IMG/VR virus record: IMGVR_UViG_3300036715_002050
Location: 64,001-128,000 of that record
Strand: one strand, 5' to 3'
DNA: 64,000 nucleotides
Source: a virus
Every line of letters starts with the position of its first letter. Positions within the stretch are counted from its first letter, which is position 1. Under the pieces are notes generated by a model. That model worked only from the letters and a program-made list of their open reading frames with translations. It searched no databases and had not been told where the DNA came from. Shown in pieces: positions 16,411 through 25,867 of this stretch. Both the position numbers and the translations under genes were made by a program.

Positions 16411-16942
16411 ATGGCTTTGACTAACACAATATCTTTCCGTAAAGTAAGGGAACCGTATGGGTGGATGTCTAACATGTCTCCGCACCCGGTCATGGTGGGT
16501 AACGAAATTTGGCGCACAACCGAACACTTGTTCCAAGCTGCGCGCTTTTTCCCGCACACCCAAAAAGAGATTCGGGACGCCATCCGTGAGTGCAAGTCGC
16601 CTATGGGTGCCAAGATGATAGCGAAGTCGCACGCGTCGAAAATGTGTGTGGTGCCTCGAAGCGATAACGACGTGCGTCAAATGTCTTGGATTCTTTCCAT
16701 CAAACTGGAACAGCACCCTACTTTGTTGACTGAACTAATTGGCACTGGGGACGCGATGTTGATTGAAGACGTAACGGCTCGTCCAAGTGAATCCGGATTG
16801 TTCTGGGGCTCGGGACCCGGCTTGCGTTTCGCCCGAAAACCCGCTAGGATGGTCTGGTTCGAACGTCTTGGGAAACACATGGATGGGGTGGAGAGAAATT
16901 TACCGAGCCCGTCTAGGAATTAGCTGGACACCAAATGATTAA
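16411..16942 (+). CDS. NADAR family protein, apparent frameshift near 16807
   Basis: PYGWMSNMS...TTEHLFQAARF...FWG; conserved W.G.N.LG..WM..R continues in the +1 frame to TAA at 16942. Confidence 0.8.
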
Positions 16943-17114
16943 AATTCTGAACAAGCTGTATCAAGTTGTTTGTGGAAATTGCGAAGGTATTTTGCAATTT
17001 CACTTTGAAGATGTCCGTCCAGTAATGACAAACAGTGTTGTTTGTCCGAATTGCAAAGCCAAAATTCAACTAAATCGGGTTCTAGAAACCCATGCAGTTA
17101 AAACGAGGTAACAA

Positions 17115-17624
17115 ATGACTTGCGTAAATATCGACATAGACTTAGAGTGCGACTTTTGTATGTGGTCGATTACGTATAAAAACCAAAGTTCTTTTGCGGC
17201 AGCCCAAAAAGCGATTGATGCCCACGCCGCCAAGCACCCGCCGCGCGCCAAAGTGTACGTAGCTTCCAAGTTCGAAAACCATGACGTGGTGCGTGATGCT
17301 CAAGGGGTGTTGTTGGAAAACCGATTCACCATCACGTACGACTGGACCAAGCACGTAACAGAAGGCCAGCCCGATAAAGCCGCTTGCGCTTTAGCAGATG
17401 CTAAAGGGGTGTTGGACGCCGACGCACTGTTGATGATCTACGCGCAAAACATGCGTGGGGCATATGTGGAACTGGGGTTGGCGTTGGGGAAAAAGATCCC
17501 GGTGTACTTGGTAAAACAGCCCGAAGTCGTAGACCAAGTCTTCTCCCACCACCCCTTGGTCAAGCATTTTAGCACTACCGCAGAAGCCATTCATCAAATG
17601 CGGGACGACTTTCCGTCGAAGTAA
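17115..17624 (+). CDS. Nucleoside 2-deoxyribosyltransferase-like protein
   Basis: KVYVAS...DAKGVLDAD...GAYVELGLA...IPVY. Confidence 0.75.
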   Translation: MTCVNIDIDLECDFCMWSITYKNQSSFAAAQKAIDAHAAKHPPRAKVYVASKFENHDVVRDAQGVLLENRFTITYDWTKHVTEGQPDKAACALADAKGVLDADALLMIYAQNMRGAYVELGLALGKKIPVYLVKQPEVVDQVFSHHPLVKHFSTTAEAIHQMRDDFPSK

Positions 17625-17637
17625 AAGGAGAATAACA

Positions 17638-17899
17638 ATGGGCTACCACAAGCGTGTCATTGCCAAAGGAACGTTCGGGGAAGCGTCTAAGATCCGAGAA
17701 GAGTTGGAAGAGTACGAAGATGCCATGGAGCAACACTGCGACCGTCGAACTGGCCGACTTGTACGGGGCTTTGGAAGAGTTGGCTAAGTGGCATGGCTTG
17801 AAGATGGAAGACTTAAAAACCATGTCTCATATCACTTCCAGCGCTTTTGAAGATGGTTCACGCAAGAGCGGCCCCAAGAAGCCGACGATAGACGATTAA
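17638..17899 (+). CDS. MazG-like/PRA-PH-like NTP pyrophosphohydrolase, apparent frameshift
   Basis: MGYHKRVIAKGTFGEASKIREELEEYEDA in one frame, VELADLYGALE in another. Confidence 0.55.
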
Positions 17900-17908
17900 A
17901 GGATCCCA

Positions 17909-18547
17909 ATGGGAGACACTAAATTGTTGCATCATAACCACCCAATCAATTGGCTAGCAATTAGTGAAGCTGTCGATCATTATTGTAATTACGGGTTCCG
18001 ATACGTAGAACTACCGTGGATCGTGCATCAAGAGGCGGTTTATGCCACACTCCCTGCCAACAAGACGTTCCACAAGATCGAACCGCCCAATCCGGACAAC
18101 GACGTGATGCCGCGCCGGGCATTGGTGGGTTCCGCCGAGCAAGGCTTTGTACAAGCTATGATTGAAGGACGTATGCCGCACGGCACGTTCGTGGCTGCCG
18201 GGCCTTGCTTTCGGGATGACCCGATTGACAAGCTACACCAGAAAACCTTTTTCAAGGTGGAACTCATCGAAGTCTTAGCCAATCCGTTAGATGCTGACGG
18301 ACAATTGCGCAAAGCTTTTCACATGGCAGAGTTCGCTCGGGGCTTTATGAGTCACTTGTTGACCACCGGGATGGAATTAGACCTTGTTCGAACTGCCGAT
18401 GGGTACGACTTGGAGTTAGACGGTATCGAAGTAGGGTCGTATGGGTACCGTGTATACAACGACAACCAATGGGTCTACGGCACCGGTTTGGCCGAGCCTC
18501 GGTGGACCCAAGCTATCGAAGCGTCTTGGCGTAAAGGAAACAGATAA
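17909..18547 (+). CDS. Stand-alone class II aminoacyl-tRNA synthetase catalytic-core-like protein
   Basis: LVGSAEQ, motif-2-like PCFRDD..D.LH...F.KVE, motif-3-like GTGLAEPR; no anticodon-binding domain. Confidence 0.7.
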   Translation: MGDTKLLHHNHPINWLAISEAVDHYCNYGFRYVELPWIVHQEAVYATLPANKTFHKIEPPNPDNDVMPRRALVGSAEQGFVQAMIEGRMPHGTFVAAGPCFRDDPIDKLHQKTFFKVELIEVLANPLDADGQLRKAFHMAEFARGFMSHLLTTGMELDLVRTADGYDLELDGIEVGSYGYRVYNDNQWVYGTGLAEPRWTQAIEASWRKGNR

Positions 18548-19284
18548 TGACCTACCCACGTAAGTTAACCAAAGAACGTGACTACGAAATCCGCAACCTT
18601 TTGACCGACCACACGCCCCAAGAGCTAGCGGAACTCCTGTACGACTTGGTGCGCAAGTCCCAAGTGTCCGAACGGACAATCCGTTGTACTGCAGTTCATA
18701 ACGAGTACGAAGTCTGTACTACATGCGACTTGTTGTCCATCTTTTGCGAGGACTAAATGTTATCCAATATCGATTCCGTCCGTATCCAACAAGTCGCACC
18801 CACCTTTTACGACGCCCACTTTGCACTCAAGGACTTTATCGATTATCGCCGGACCATCGAACTTTTACACGTTAACCAAGTTTATGACGCTCTCATCGAA
18901 AAAGTCCATCACGACCTTGCCCAATTACCCGAAGCTTCTATGGGTTTAGCTTTCCCACAGGAATTTTAACATGAGCCACCACGATAACTACCCTCCTTGC
19001 CGCAGCCACGAAATGATTTTGCATACCACCCGCGACAGAATGATTTGCACCAGATGTGGCGTCCGCTTTGCAAGTGGGTGTCGGACACTTCCCCTGGGAG
19101 CAAAACGGATTCTGTATAAGGGGTGTGGTGGGTAGGTCGGGTGCAGCGTACGTACCCCAACGCTTTCCCTAGGGACAAAAACCGATTGTTGGCGTGCGTT
19201 ACGGGACCCAACGTAGCGGGTAAGTGGTTGATTTTACTAGAAACGGTTTGGGAAAATTTTAAAAAAGGGATTCCGCCCTAGGGA

Positions 19285-19320
19285 AAGCACCACCGGGTCC
19301 CATACCGGTGGTGCTTATTA
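19285..19320 (+). terminator. Stem-loop, probable terminator
   Basis: AAGCACCACCGG-N8-CCGGTGGTGCTT. Confidence 0.55.
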
Positions 19321-19394
19321 AATTCGTTCCGGAATAAATGGGTGATTTTTATAGAGAATTAGGGTCGGATATATACACTTCACCCCGCGCCTGC

Positions 19395-19730
19395 CGGATG
19401 TAGGTGGATGTGGGACAATGTAGGGAAATTCGTTAACGAAACCTACATGTGGGTACATTAGCCTACAGTGTGTGGGGATGTGGGGAAGTGTGGGAGAAAG
19501 TGGGATGGTGTGTGTGGATGTGGGAGAAAGTGGGATGATGTGGGATGATGTGGGTGGATGTGGGGAAGTGTGGGAGAAAGTGGGATGGTGTGTGTGGATG
19601 TGGGACTAGGTGGGGAGGTGTGGGTCAATGTGGGTGGAGGTGGCCAGCTGTAGGCCAATGTGGGCCACTGTGGTATAGTGTGGGTCAATGTGGGCTTATA
19701 TGGGTCGCTGTGGGGTGCTGTGGGCCATTG
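19395..19730 (+). repeat. G/T-rich degenerate tandem array of (A/G)TGTGGG units
   Basis: Many TGTGGG/GTGGG units at ~10-nt period; 50-nt exact duplication at 19476-19525 and 19556-19605. Confidence 0.85.
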
Positions 19731-20004
19731 TACGATAGGGTAAGAAATTACACACATGAACACACATAAACCCACACGTAGTCCTGGGACACACACGCAC
19801 ACACACGCGCCCACATGTAAGATTTACACGCATTACAACCTACATTTACAACCTTTACTGTATAGCGCTGTGGAGCGCGCGGTATTATCCCCAATAGGTG
19901 ATTACACGCGCTTGTGGACGAGGCCGAAGTGTGGTCTAGTGGTTTTGCCCCGGTGACGCATAGCGAATCCGGGGGCTGCAAAGGGAACTAAAGCGGCCTA
20001 CCGC

Positions 20005-20439
20005 TTGACTCGCTCCCTGAAGTGTGGTTTAAGTAGTGAATCAGCCGCGACGTAGAGCGGCGCAGCAAGCCAGAGAGGGGTTAGGCGGGGTCTATCTCCG
20101 CGCGGTACCCTCGTGACCCTTCGGGGCGGGATTGGTTGAAGTAGACGGGTTGACTTCCGGTTCAAAGTGTGGTTTAAGTAGTGAATCAGCCGCCGCGAAA
20201 GGGTCTAGCAAGGTTCTGCGGTTTCCCGATGGGTTTGACTTCTCTTACCGATTCTGTTACACCTTATGGGCCTTCGGGCTCTCTTGTAGGACCGCCTCAT
20301 ATAGGGGTGTGGCGACACTGTAAAATGGGCTAGTCCGGCTGCAAGGTGCCCGATGTTCTAAGCGTATGGGGACGGATTAGCTACTGCGGTTCCACCTAAA
20401 AAGTGACCGCTTGACCCTTCGGGTCGGATGTAGTAGGGT
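20005..20439 (+). promoter_or_regulatory. Four tandem sigma70-type (early) promoters
   Basis: TTGACT/C at 20005, 20150, 20235 and 20411, each N17 from a -10-like hexamer; 29-nt exact repeat at 20020-20048 and 20165-20193. Confidence 0.65.
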
Positions 20440-20445
20440 GGTTGT

Positions 20446-21134
20446 GTAGGGCAGGGCTGATAGCTCTCAACAAGTAGCGCCTAGACTATAGGTGGGCTAG
20501 GTGTCTAATGAAAGCGGTTTCTCCAACCGTTATTTGGAGTGTGGGCGTAATAGTAGGCTAGGGGATTGCCTAGAGGTAGTGTGACTCGTGTGGGCGCTTT
20601 TGGATGCGACCTACTATGAACGGGGCTACAGGTAAGGTTTCTCTAGTCGAAAAACAGGCCACAAACGCGGGTTGCGCGACGTACCCTAAACGGCGCGGAC
20701 AGACTGGCCCCACGGGCCCCCGGGTATGGGGAGCATACCGCAACGCCTGCTAGCACCCATAGCCTCTGCGTACGTCTGCAACCCTCTAAGGGGTTGTGGG
20801 CCCGGAAAGAGAGCCCCCTAGGCAAAACCCTAGGCAATACCTCGCGAGAGGGTTGGTCATATGGCCGTCAGGCTATCGTGCCAACAAACAGGAAGGCGCG
20901 GGCAGACAAAACGCGGGAGCCTGTCTAAATATGCGTAATGATTAGAGATTCCGTGAGAGTCGGGATCTGGTTGGCAGAGGCAAGCCGTGGTGACGGGAAT
21001 TATTCGGTTGTAGGAATAATGCTCGGAACGCGGTGCGCGCGCTGTCGGCTAGCTGTGATGGTCAATCCCGCGTGACTGGTGACACACCCGGACGGTTCAT
21101 CGTTCGGTGGCTGGGTTCGATTCCCAGGCGGGAC
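20446..21134 (+). ncRNA. Candidate large structured ncRNA ending in a tRNA-like domain
   Basis: No credible ORF; dense hairpins; 3' module TCCCGC/GCGGGA with T-arm CTGGG-TTCGATT-CCCAG (21066-21133). Confidence 0.5.
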
Positions 21135-21193
21135 ATTGTTGTACAGGGTTTCTCCCTTTAACTACGGGCGGAAACGCCCGGCGGAGTTCTACC

Positions 21194-21796
21194 ATGGCTA
21201 TCAAGCAAATCCGTATCCCGACGCACAACGTTTGTGTGGTCAAGGTGTTGGGCGCTGGGGCTGGCAAGTCGCCGCGTACGTCCACGCGGTGCGCGGTGGT
21301 GCCGGACCCGTGCGAGTGGTTGCGGAAGGCGCACGCGGGCGACGTGGTGGACGCGGGGCAGCACGCCGCGCCTGGTGGCAAGGCTCGGGCGGAAGTCTAC
21401 CGGGTGACGGTGCTGGACCCGGAAGCGGGGGATTTGCCGCCCAACGCGCCGAAGGCGTACCGGGATGCCTCCTTCAAGGCGGCTGCACGGTCTGCGGCAC
21501 GCAAGGCTCGGGTGGCTGGGGCGATTGTTGCGCCCGTGCCGGTCGCGGCTGTCAAGCCCACGGTCACTGTTACCGTGGTGGTGGATGCGCCCAAGGCTTT
21601 CAAGGCGCCCCGTGTGTCCAAGGCTTTGTCGGGTGCCACACCCAAGGCTTTGCCTGCCGCCAAGGGTGAGCGTAACGAGCCCGTCGGTAAGACGGTTGAC
21701 GTGTGCGTCCAGTGCAAGGCCCCGATTGGGTTGGACCATGAGGGCTCGCCCAAGGTTGGAATGGGTGGCGTCTGTTTCACGTGCGGCGAAAAGTAA
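21194..21796 (+). CDS. Basic Ala/Lys/Val-rich protein with C-terminal Zn finger
   Basis: GGAG RBS and ATG at 21194; CVQC...CFTC. Confidence 0.7.
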   Translation: MAIKQIRIPTHNVCVVKVLGAGAGKSPRTSTRCAVVPDPCEWLRKAHAGDVVDAGQHAAPGGKARAEVYRVTVLDPEAGDLPPNAPKAYRDASFKAAARSAARKARVAGAIVAPVPVAAVKPTVTVTVVVDAPKAFKAPRVSKALSGATPKALPAAKGERNEPVGKTVDVCVQCKAPIGLDHEGSPKVGMGGVCFTCGEK

Positions 21797-21874
21797 CAGC
21801 TTGTGCAGGGATGGGCCGCACACTCTAACGGGTTGCGGCTCGATTTGTTGTTCCCTTAACAAAAGGAAAGCAAA

Positions 21875-22099
21875 ATGTCCGTCGGGAATCCTTTTACGCG
21901 GCAGCTTGACACAAAGTTGTATGATGCGTCACAGCGGGTGGATTACATCCACGAAGACAAGTACGCTTCGCTTGGGGTTGCGGTGCTGGAAACGTGCCCG
22001 CTGGCTTTCTTGGCGCGGGAGGATCGTCCGCTGGATGCGGCACACTTGCCGGAAGCGTTGCGGCTGGATCAGGTCATGTCACGGCTGGCGTGGACCTGA
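21875..22099 (+). CDS. Hypothetical protein
   Basis: AAGGA RBS. Confidence 0.6.
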   Translation: MSVGNPFTRQLDTKLYDASQRVDYIHEDKYASLGVAVLETCPLAFLAREDRPLDAAHLPEALRLDQVMSRLAWT

Positions 22100-22327
22100 C
22101 ACATGCGCAACAATCCTATCCGTAAGTGTGAAAAGTGTGGGAAACGTACATCAGCCCACATTCTTGTACCATCCGTCAACAAGTATGGCGACGATTCCAA
22201 GCGCGTCATGCACTGTTGCTTGAAGTGTCAAGCAGAAAAGCGGGATCTGGAAAAAGACCGCTGACGTACCGGCACGTTTCGCTTAACGGCGGGGCGTGCC
22301 AATTGTTTAACCAGCAAAGGATTTGTC

Positions 22328-22675
22328 ATGCAAAAGTTTCCCAGCATCAAAGCGGTCCGCAAGGCGTTGGTCAAAATCAACAAAGACGTGGCCGGTTCTG
22401 CAAAAGAGGATGACGTGGAAGTGCGTCTGCAGGTGTTGGAGTCCGGGTATTGGGCTGTCCGGTTTGGGTCGGCGGATTACGACCAAGACCACCGTGGGTT
22501 GTGGGGCAGCGGGTACGTGCGCGGCGACCGGCGCAGGTTGAATTGCACGGACGTCGCCCGGGAGTTGCTTGACCAGTGCCGGGAGTCGTACGCGGAACAG
22601 CAAGCGTTCGCGGCTGCCGTGGCCCCGCAAGTGCGCGTCGACTTGGCTGCGCCGCGTTTCCCTGAAATTTGGTGA
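22328..22675 (+). CDS. Hypothetical phage protein
   Basis: AAGGA RBS; YDQDHRGLWG motif. Confidence 0.7.
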   Translation: MQKFPSIKAVRKALVKINKDVAGSAKEDDVEVRLQVLESGYWAVRFGSADYDQDHRGLWGSGYVRGDRRRLNCTDVARELLDQCRESYAEQQAFAAAVAPQVRVDLAAPRFPEIW

Positions 22676-22774
22676 CGTTTGGTAAAAAGCTTTTACAGCT
22701 TTACTGCGGCGTGTTTCTTAACGGAAACACGCCCGCGTTCGTTGTGGCGGTTAACCCCGAACGCGGAGCATAAC

Positions 22775-22981
22775 ATGCATACGTTCTATGTGATTGCGAT
22801 GTACTGCAGCATTCCGGCCCGTCCGATTGTGGTGCAGGCACGCAACGAAGTGCACGCGCTGCGCGTGGCAGAGCAGCGACGCGGTGCGGCATTCTTGGAC
22901 CACGGGCTGGTGCTGGTGTTCGCTGCGCCCGTGTTGACGGCGACGAACAAGGGCAACGGCGTGATGGAGTTGTCCAAGTAA
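22775..22981 (+). CDS. Hypothetical protein
   Basis: GGAG RBS and ATG at 22775. Confidence 0.55.
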   Translation: MHTFYVIAMYCSIPARPIVVQARNEVHALRVAEQRRGAAFLDHGLVLVFAAPVLTATNKGNGVMELSK

Positions 22982-23026
22982 CAAAGGCGCTTCCCTATCC
23001 ACAAGGTAAGGAAGCGTGATCGTTGT

Positions 23027-23107
23027 GCCCGATTGGTGGAATGGTAGACACAGCAGACTCAAAATCTGCCGCCGCAAGGCATCCCGGTTCGAGTCCGGGA
23101 TCGGGCA
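23027..23107 (+). tRNA. tRNA-Leu(CAA), long variable arm
   Basis: GCAGA-CTCAAAA-TCTGC; canonical class II body. Confidence 0.92.
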
Positions 23108-23150
23108 TTGTTGTTTGTTGTACGACTTTCCCACCCACAGGAGCAATACC

Positions 23151-23396
23151 ATGGCTTCACACAACATCGTTGCCACGTCGCTGTTCGATGAGATCGAGCC
23201 CAAGCGTCACGAGATGACGCAGGCTGAGTACGACACGGGCGTGTCCGAAGGGTCGGGGATTTGCTTATCCTGCGGAAACATCGCAGACACGTGCGAGGAA
23301 GAGTCGACCGGGGAGGAGTGCGACACGTGCGGGGAGTACGACGTGGTCGCCTTCGAAACCGCGTTCGTGGACGACAAGATCGAGATCGAGGACTAA
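23151..23396 (+). CDS. Acidic Zn-ribbon protein
   Basis: GICLSCG...ECDTCGE; AGGAG RBS. Confidence 0.7.
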   Translation: MASHNIVATSLFDEIEPKRHEMTQAEYDTGVSEGSGICLSCGNIADTCEEESTGEECDTCGEYDVVAFETAFVDDKIEIED

Positions 23397-23662
23397 AAAG
23401 CTTTGGGAAACGTAACGCCGCCTTACATTCCTTAGCGGGGGTGTAGGGCATTCGTCGTGGAGGAAGCATGACGTGGTCGCAAGACGGTCCGTTGACGTGA
23501 CGTAACTTTTTCTGAGAGCCCATCCAACGCACGAAAGGTGGATACAAATGCTGTTAAAAACGCGCTAGCCCGATCCGCGCGACCAAGTACGGGATAGGTT
23601 TGCTGGTTTTGCCTGACGTGAGATTGTCGCTTAGACTTTACTCATGCCACAAACCGGCGCGC

Positions 23663-23735
23663 GGGATCTTGGTGAAACGGTTATCACCTCCGACTTTTAA
23701 TCGGTACGTTGTGGGTTCGAATCCCACAGATCCCA
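23663..23735 (+). tRNA. tRNA-Lys(TTT)
   Basis: CCGA-CTTTTAA-TCGG; cloverleaf. Confidence 0.88.
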
Positions 23736-23780
23736 TTTGTTGTGCCAAGTTTGTTGTATAACTTTCGCCAGGAGACGCAC

Positions 23781-24008
23781 ATGGCTGTGCAAACGTTGGA
23801 CACACAAACGCGGGTCAACCGCGCGTTTGCGGGTGCCAAGGCCGATTGTAGCGGGTTGGCCGAAAACTGTTCTGCTACGTTGACCGAGTGGGCGATAAAC
23901 AAGACGTGCGCCAATTGGGAAGCGTACAAAGCCGCGTGTGCTGCCCACGACTCCGCTTACGCCGCGTCCATGCAAAAGTGGCGTCGTCGGTGGGGCTTGG
24001 AACCGTAA
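23781..24008 (+). CDS. Hypothetical protein
   Basis: AGGAG RBS. Confidence 0.6.
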   Translation: MAVQTLDTQTRVNRAFAGAKADCSGLAENCSATLTEWAINKTCANWEAYKAACAAHDSAYAASMQKWRRRWGLEP

Positions 24009-24074
24009 CGCCGCACGCAACACCGGGCACGCTTGCTCTAACGGGCGGCGTGCTCATCCTTTAACGGAGGCTGT

Positions 24075-24317
24075 ATGATCAAGCTGAAAGGTTCGTCGGC
24101 AGACGTGGCGCAAATCCAAGTCGCAACCCGCGTGCTGGCAGAAGCCACCACCACTTCCCCCTACCTGCGCAAGCCCCGCCGCAACATGCGGAACAAGGGT
24201 GTCACGTGCTCCTGCGGCAAGCCCGCGGCGTGCCGGGGCGCGTGCGGGGCGTGCTACTCCAAAGGGTACTTCGCGGCGTGGATCGCGTGTGGTGGCGTGA
24301 AGCCCGCGCCGAAGTAA
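24075..24317 (+). CDS. Small Cys-rich Zn-finger protein
   Basis: CSC...CRGACGACY; GGAGG RBS. Confidence 0.65.
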   Translation: MIKLKGSSADVAQIQVATRVLAEATTTSPYLRKPRRNMRNKGVTCSCGKPAACRGACGACYSKGYFAAWIACGGVKPAPK

Positions 24318-24359
24318 GCAACACCAGCAATAAACGCACGTGCGGTCGCGTGCGTGTCC

Positions 24360-24431
24360 GGCGCCATAATTTAACGGCTAGAATGGAGGCTTTTCAATCC
24401 TCCGGTGTGGGTTCGATTCCCACTGGCGTCA
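24360..24431 (+). tRNA. tRNA-Glu(TTC)
   Basis: GGCGCCA/TGGCGTC; loop TTTTCAA. Confidence 0.8.
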
Positions 24432-24866
24432 TTTGTTGTGCCAAGTTTGTTGTACGACTTTTACATAGGAGGCAGCATGCAAGCTTTGATTGCTGTGATG
24501 GTTTTCAAAAAGCTTATCCGCTACCGTCCCGGTGGTTGGGACGACCGCTATTACGTGGCGTGCTGCCCGAATACGTTGGTGATGCGATGATTGACCAACA
24601 TAACAGCGGCATAATCCGGGTCAAACTCCTCGCCATCGTCGTCGTGGTTCAAGCTGTTTTGAGCCCAGCAAGCGTCACATTCCATTGCGGCGTATGCACC
24701 GAAGGAATACCGCTCGACAGCGGGCACCGGTTCGATGGTGTTGGTTCGCGCGCACTTGCGGCAAAAGTACCGGCCCATGCCGGTGAAAGCTTGGATAGCG
24801 ATTATCCAACCAACTTTTGATCAGTGATTCTGTCAGCCGCACGGATCTTAACGGACACGTGCGGCT

Positions 24867-24992
24867 ATCGTTTGCGTAAGGGCGTGGCCCGCAAAGTCAC
24901 GTCCGTACGACGGTGTTTAAGGACAGCCGGTTGGGTTGATCACCCACAAATCAACAAAACAAGGCTTGGAGTTCAACTCTCCCGCAAACGAT
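24867..24992 (+). ncRNA. tRNA-mimic element (closing stem plus T-arm)
   Basis: ATCGTTTGCG/CGCAAACGAT 10-bp stem; GGAG-TTCAACT-CTCC directly before the 3' strand; followed by TTGTTGT. Confidence 0.6.
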
Positions 24993-25022
24993 TTGTTGTA
25001 CCACTTACACAGGGGTTCGCAC

Positions 25023-25376
25023 ATGGCTAACAAGACCACGTTGGAAGTGCTGGAAGAGGCCAAGGCTTTGTTGGCCAAGCCCGGGGTTTGGCAGCAGGGC
25101 TCCCGGGAGTATTTCGACAACGACGGCAAAGCCCACCACTGCGCCTTGGGTGCGCTGGACGAAGTAGTTGGCGGCTACACCCTGGCTGGCGACGACACCG
25201 AAGCGTTCTGGGCGCTGTACGAAGCCTTGCCCAAGCGACCGGAGAAGGCTTCGGTGGACATGTCGCCAGCCATGTGCATCGCACGGTTCAACGACCGGCA
25301 ATCGTCCCGGGCGCCCGTGCTGAGGCTGTTCTCACGCGCCATCCGCCGCGTGAAGCTGGATAACACACCGCTGTAA
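25023..25376 (+). CDS. DUF6197-like family paralogue 1
   Basis: A..LL..W.QG...CALGAL...FND pattern. Confidence 0.7.
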   Translation: MANKTTLEVLEEAKALLAKPGVWQQGSREYFDNDGKAHHCALGALDEVVGGYTLAGDDTEAFWALYEALPKRPEKASVDMSPAMCIARFNDRQSSRAPVLRLFSRAIRRVKLDNTPL

Positions 25377-25418
25377 TTGAACGGGCGCTGTTCACTTAAC
25401 GGTGACAGCGTCCATTGC

Positions 25419-25489
25419 CGGAGCGTCGTCCAACGGCAGGACAGTGGACTTTGAATCCACGAATGAGAGTTCGATTCTCTCCGCTCCTA
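25419..25489 (+). tRNA. tRNA-Gln(TTG)
   Basis: GTGGA-CTTTGAA-TCCAC. Confidence 0.87.
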
Positions 25490-25531
25490 TTTGTTACACA
25501 GCTTTTCACAGCTTTTCACAGGAGAGCGCAC

Positions 25532-25867
25532 ATGGCTCGGACGCGGCATTCGGTTTTGGTGGCGGCACGCAAGTTGATTGACACGCCGGAGAAGTGGTGC
25601 ACGGTTTGGTACGCGAAAAACGCCAAAGGATATGGCGTGATGAACATGGACCGAACCGCCACCGCTTTTTGCGCGGTGGGTGCAATCCAGCGGGTCTTGA
25701 ACGGTAATCGCCGCGCCACCGAACTGTATTTGGCGGACCTGCCCGCGTGGCGTGACTTGAACCGGTTTTTGAACTTTTTGAATGAGCAACCCGACACCAC
25801 CCACGACGACGTGTTGCATGCGTTCGATGAACTCATCCGTGAATCGCGCCCGAAGTCGCACAAGTAA
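25532..25867 (+). CDS. DUF6197-like family paralogue 2
   Basis: ARKLI..PEKWC...FCAVGAI...TTHDDVLHAFD. Confidence 0.7.
   Translation: MARTRHSVLVAARKLIDTPEKWCTVWYAKNAKGYGVMNMDRTATAFCAVGAIQRVLNGNRRATELYLADLPAWRDLNRFLNFLNEQPDTTHDDVLHAFDELIRESRPKSHK

Noticed and set aside
19395-19730. Possible CRISPR array, and the His/Pro- or Gly/Trp-rich ORFs over it (19458-19814, 19545-19769)
   Set aside because: There is no constant repeat with unique spacers and no cas gene; the ORFs are translations of low-complexity repeat.
21066-21134. tRNA-Sec or opal suppressor (TCA in the loop)
   Set aside because: TTCA caps an 8-bp stem as a tetraloop, with no 7-nt anticodon loop and no long variable arm; treated as a tRNA mimic.
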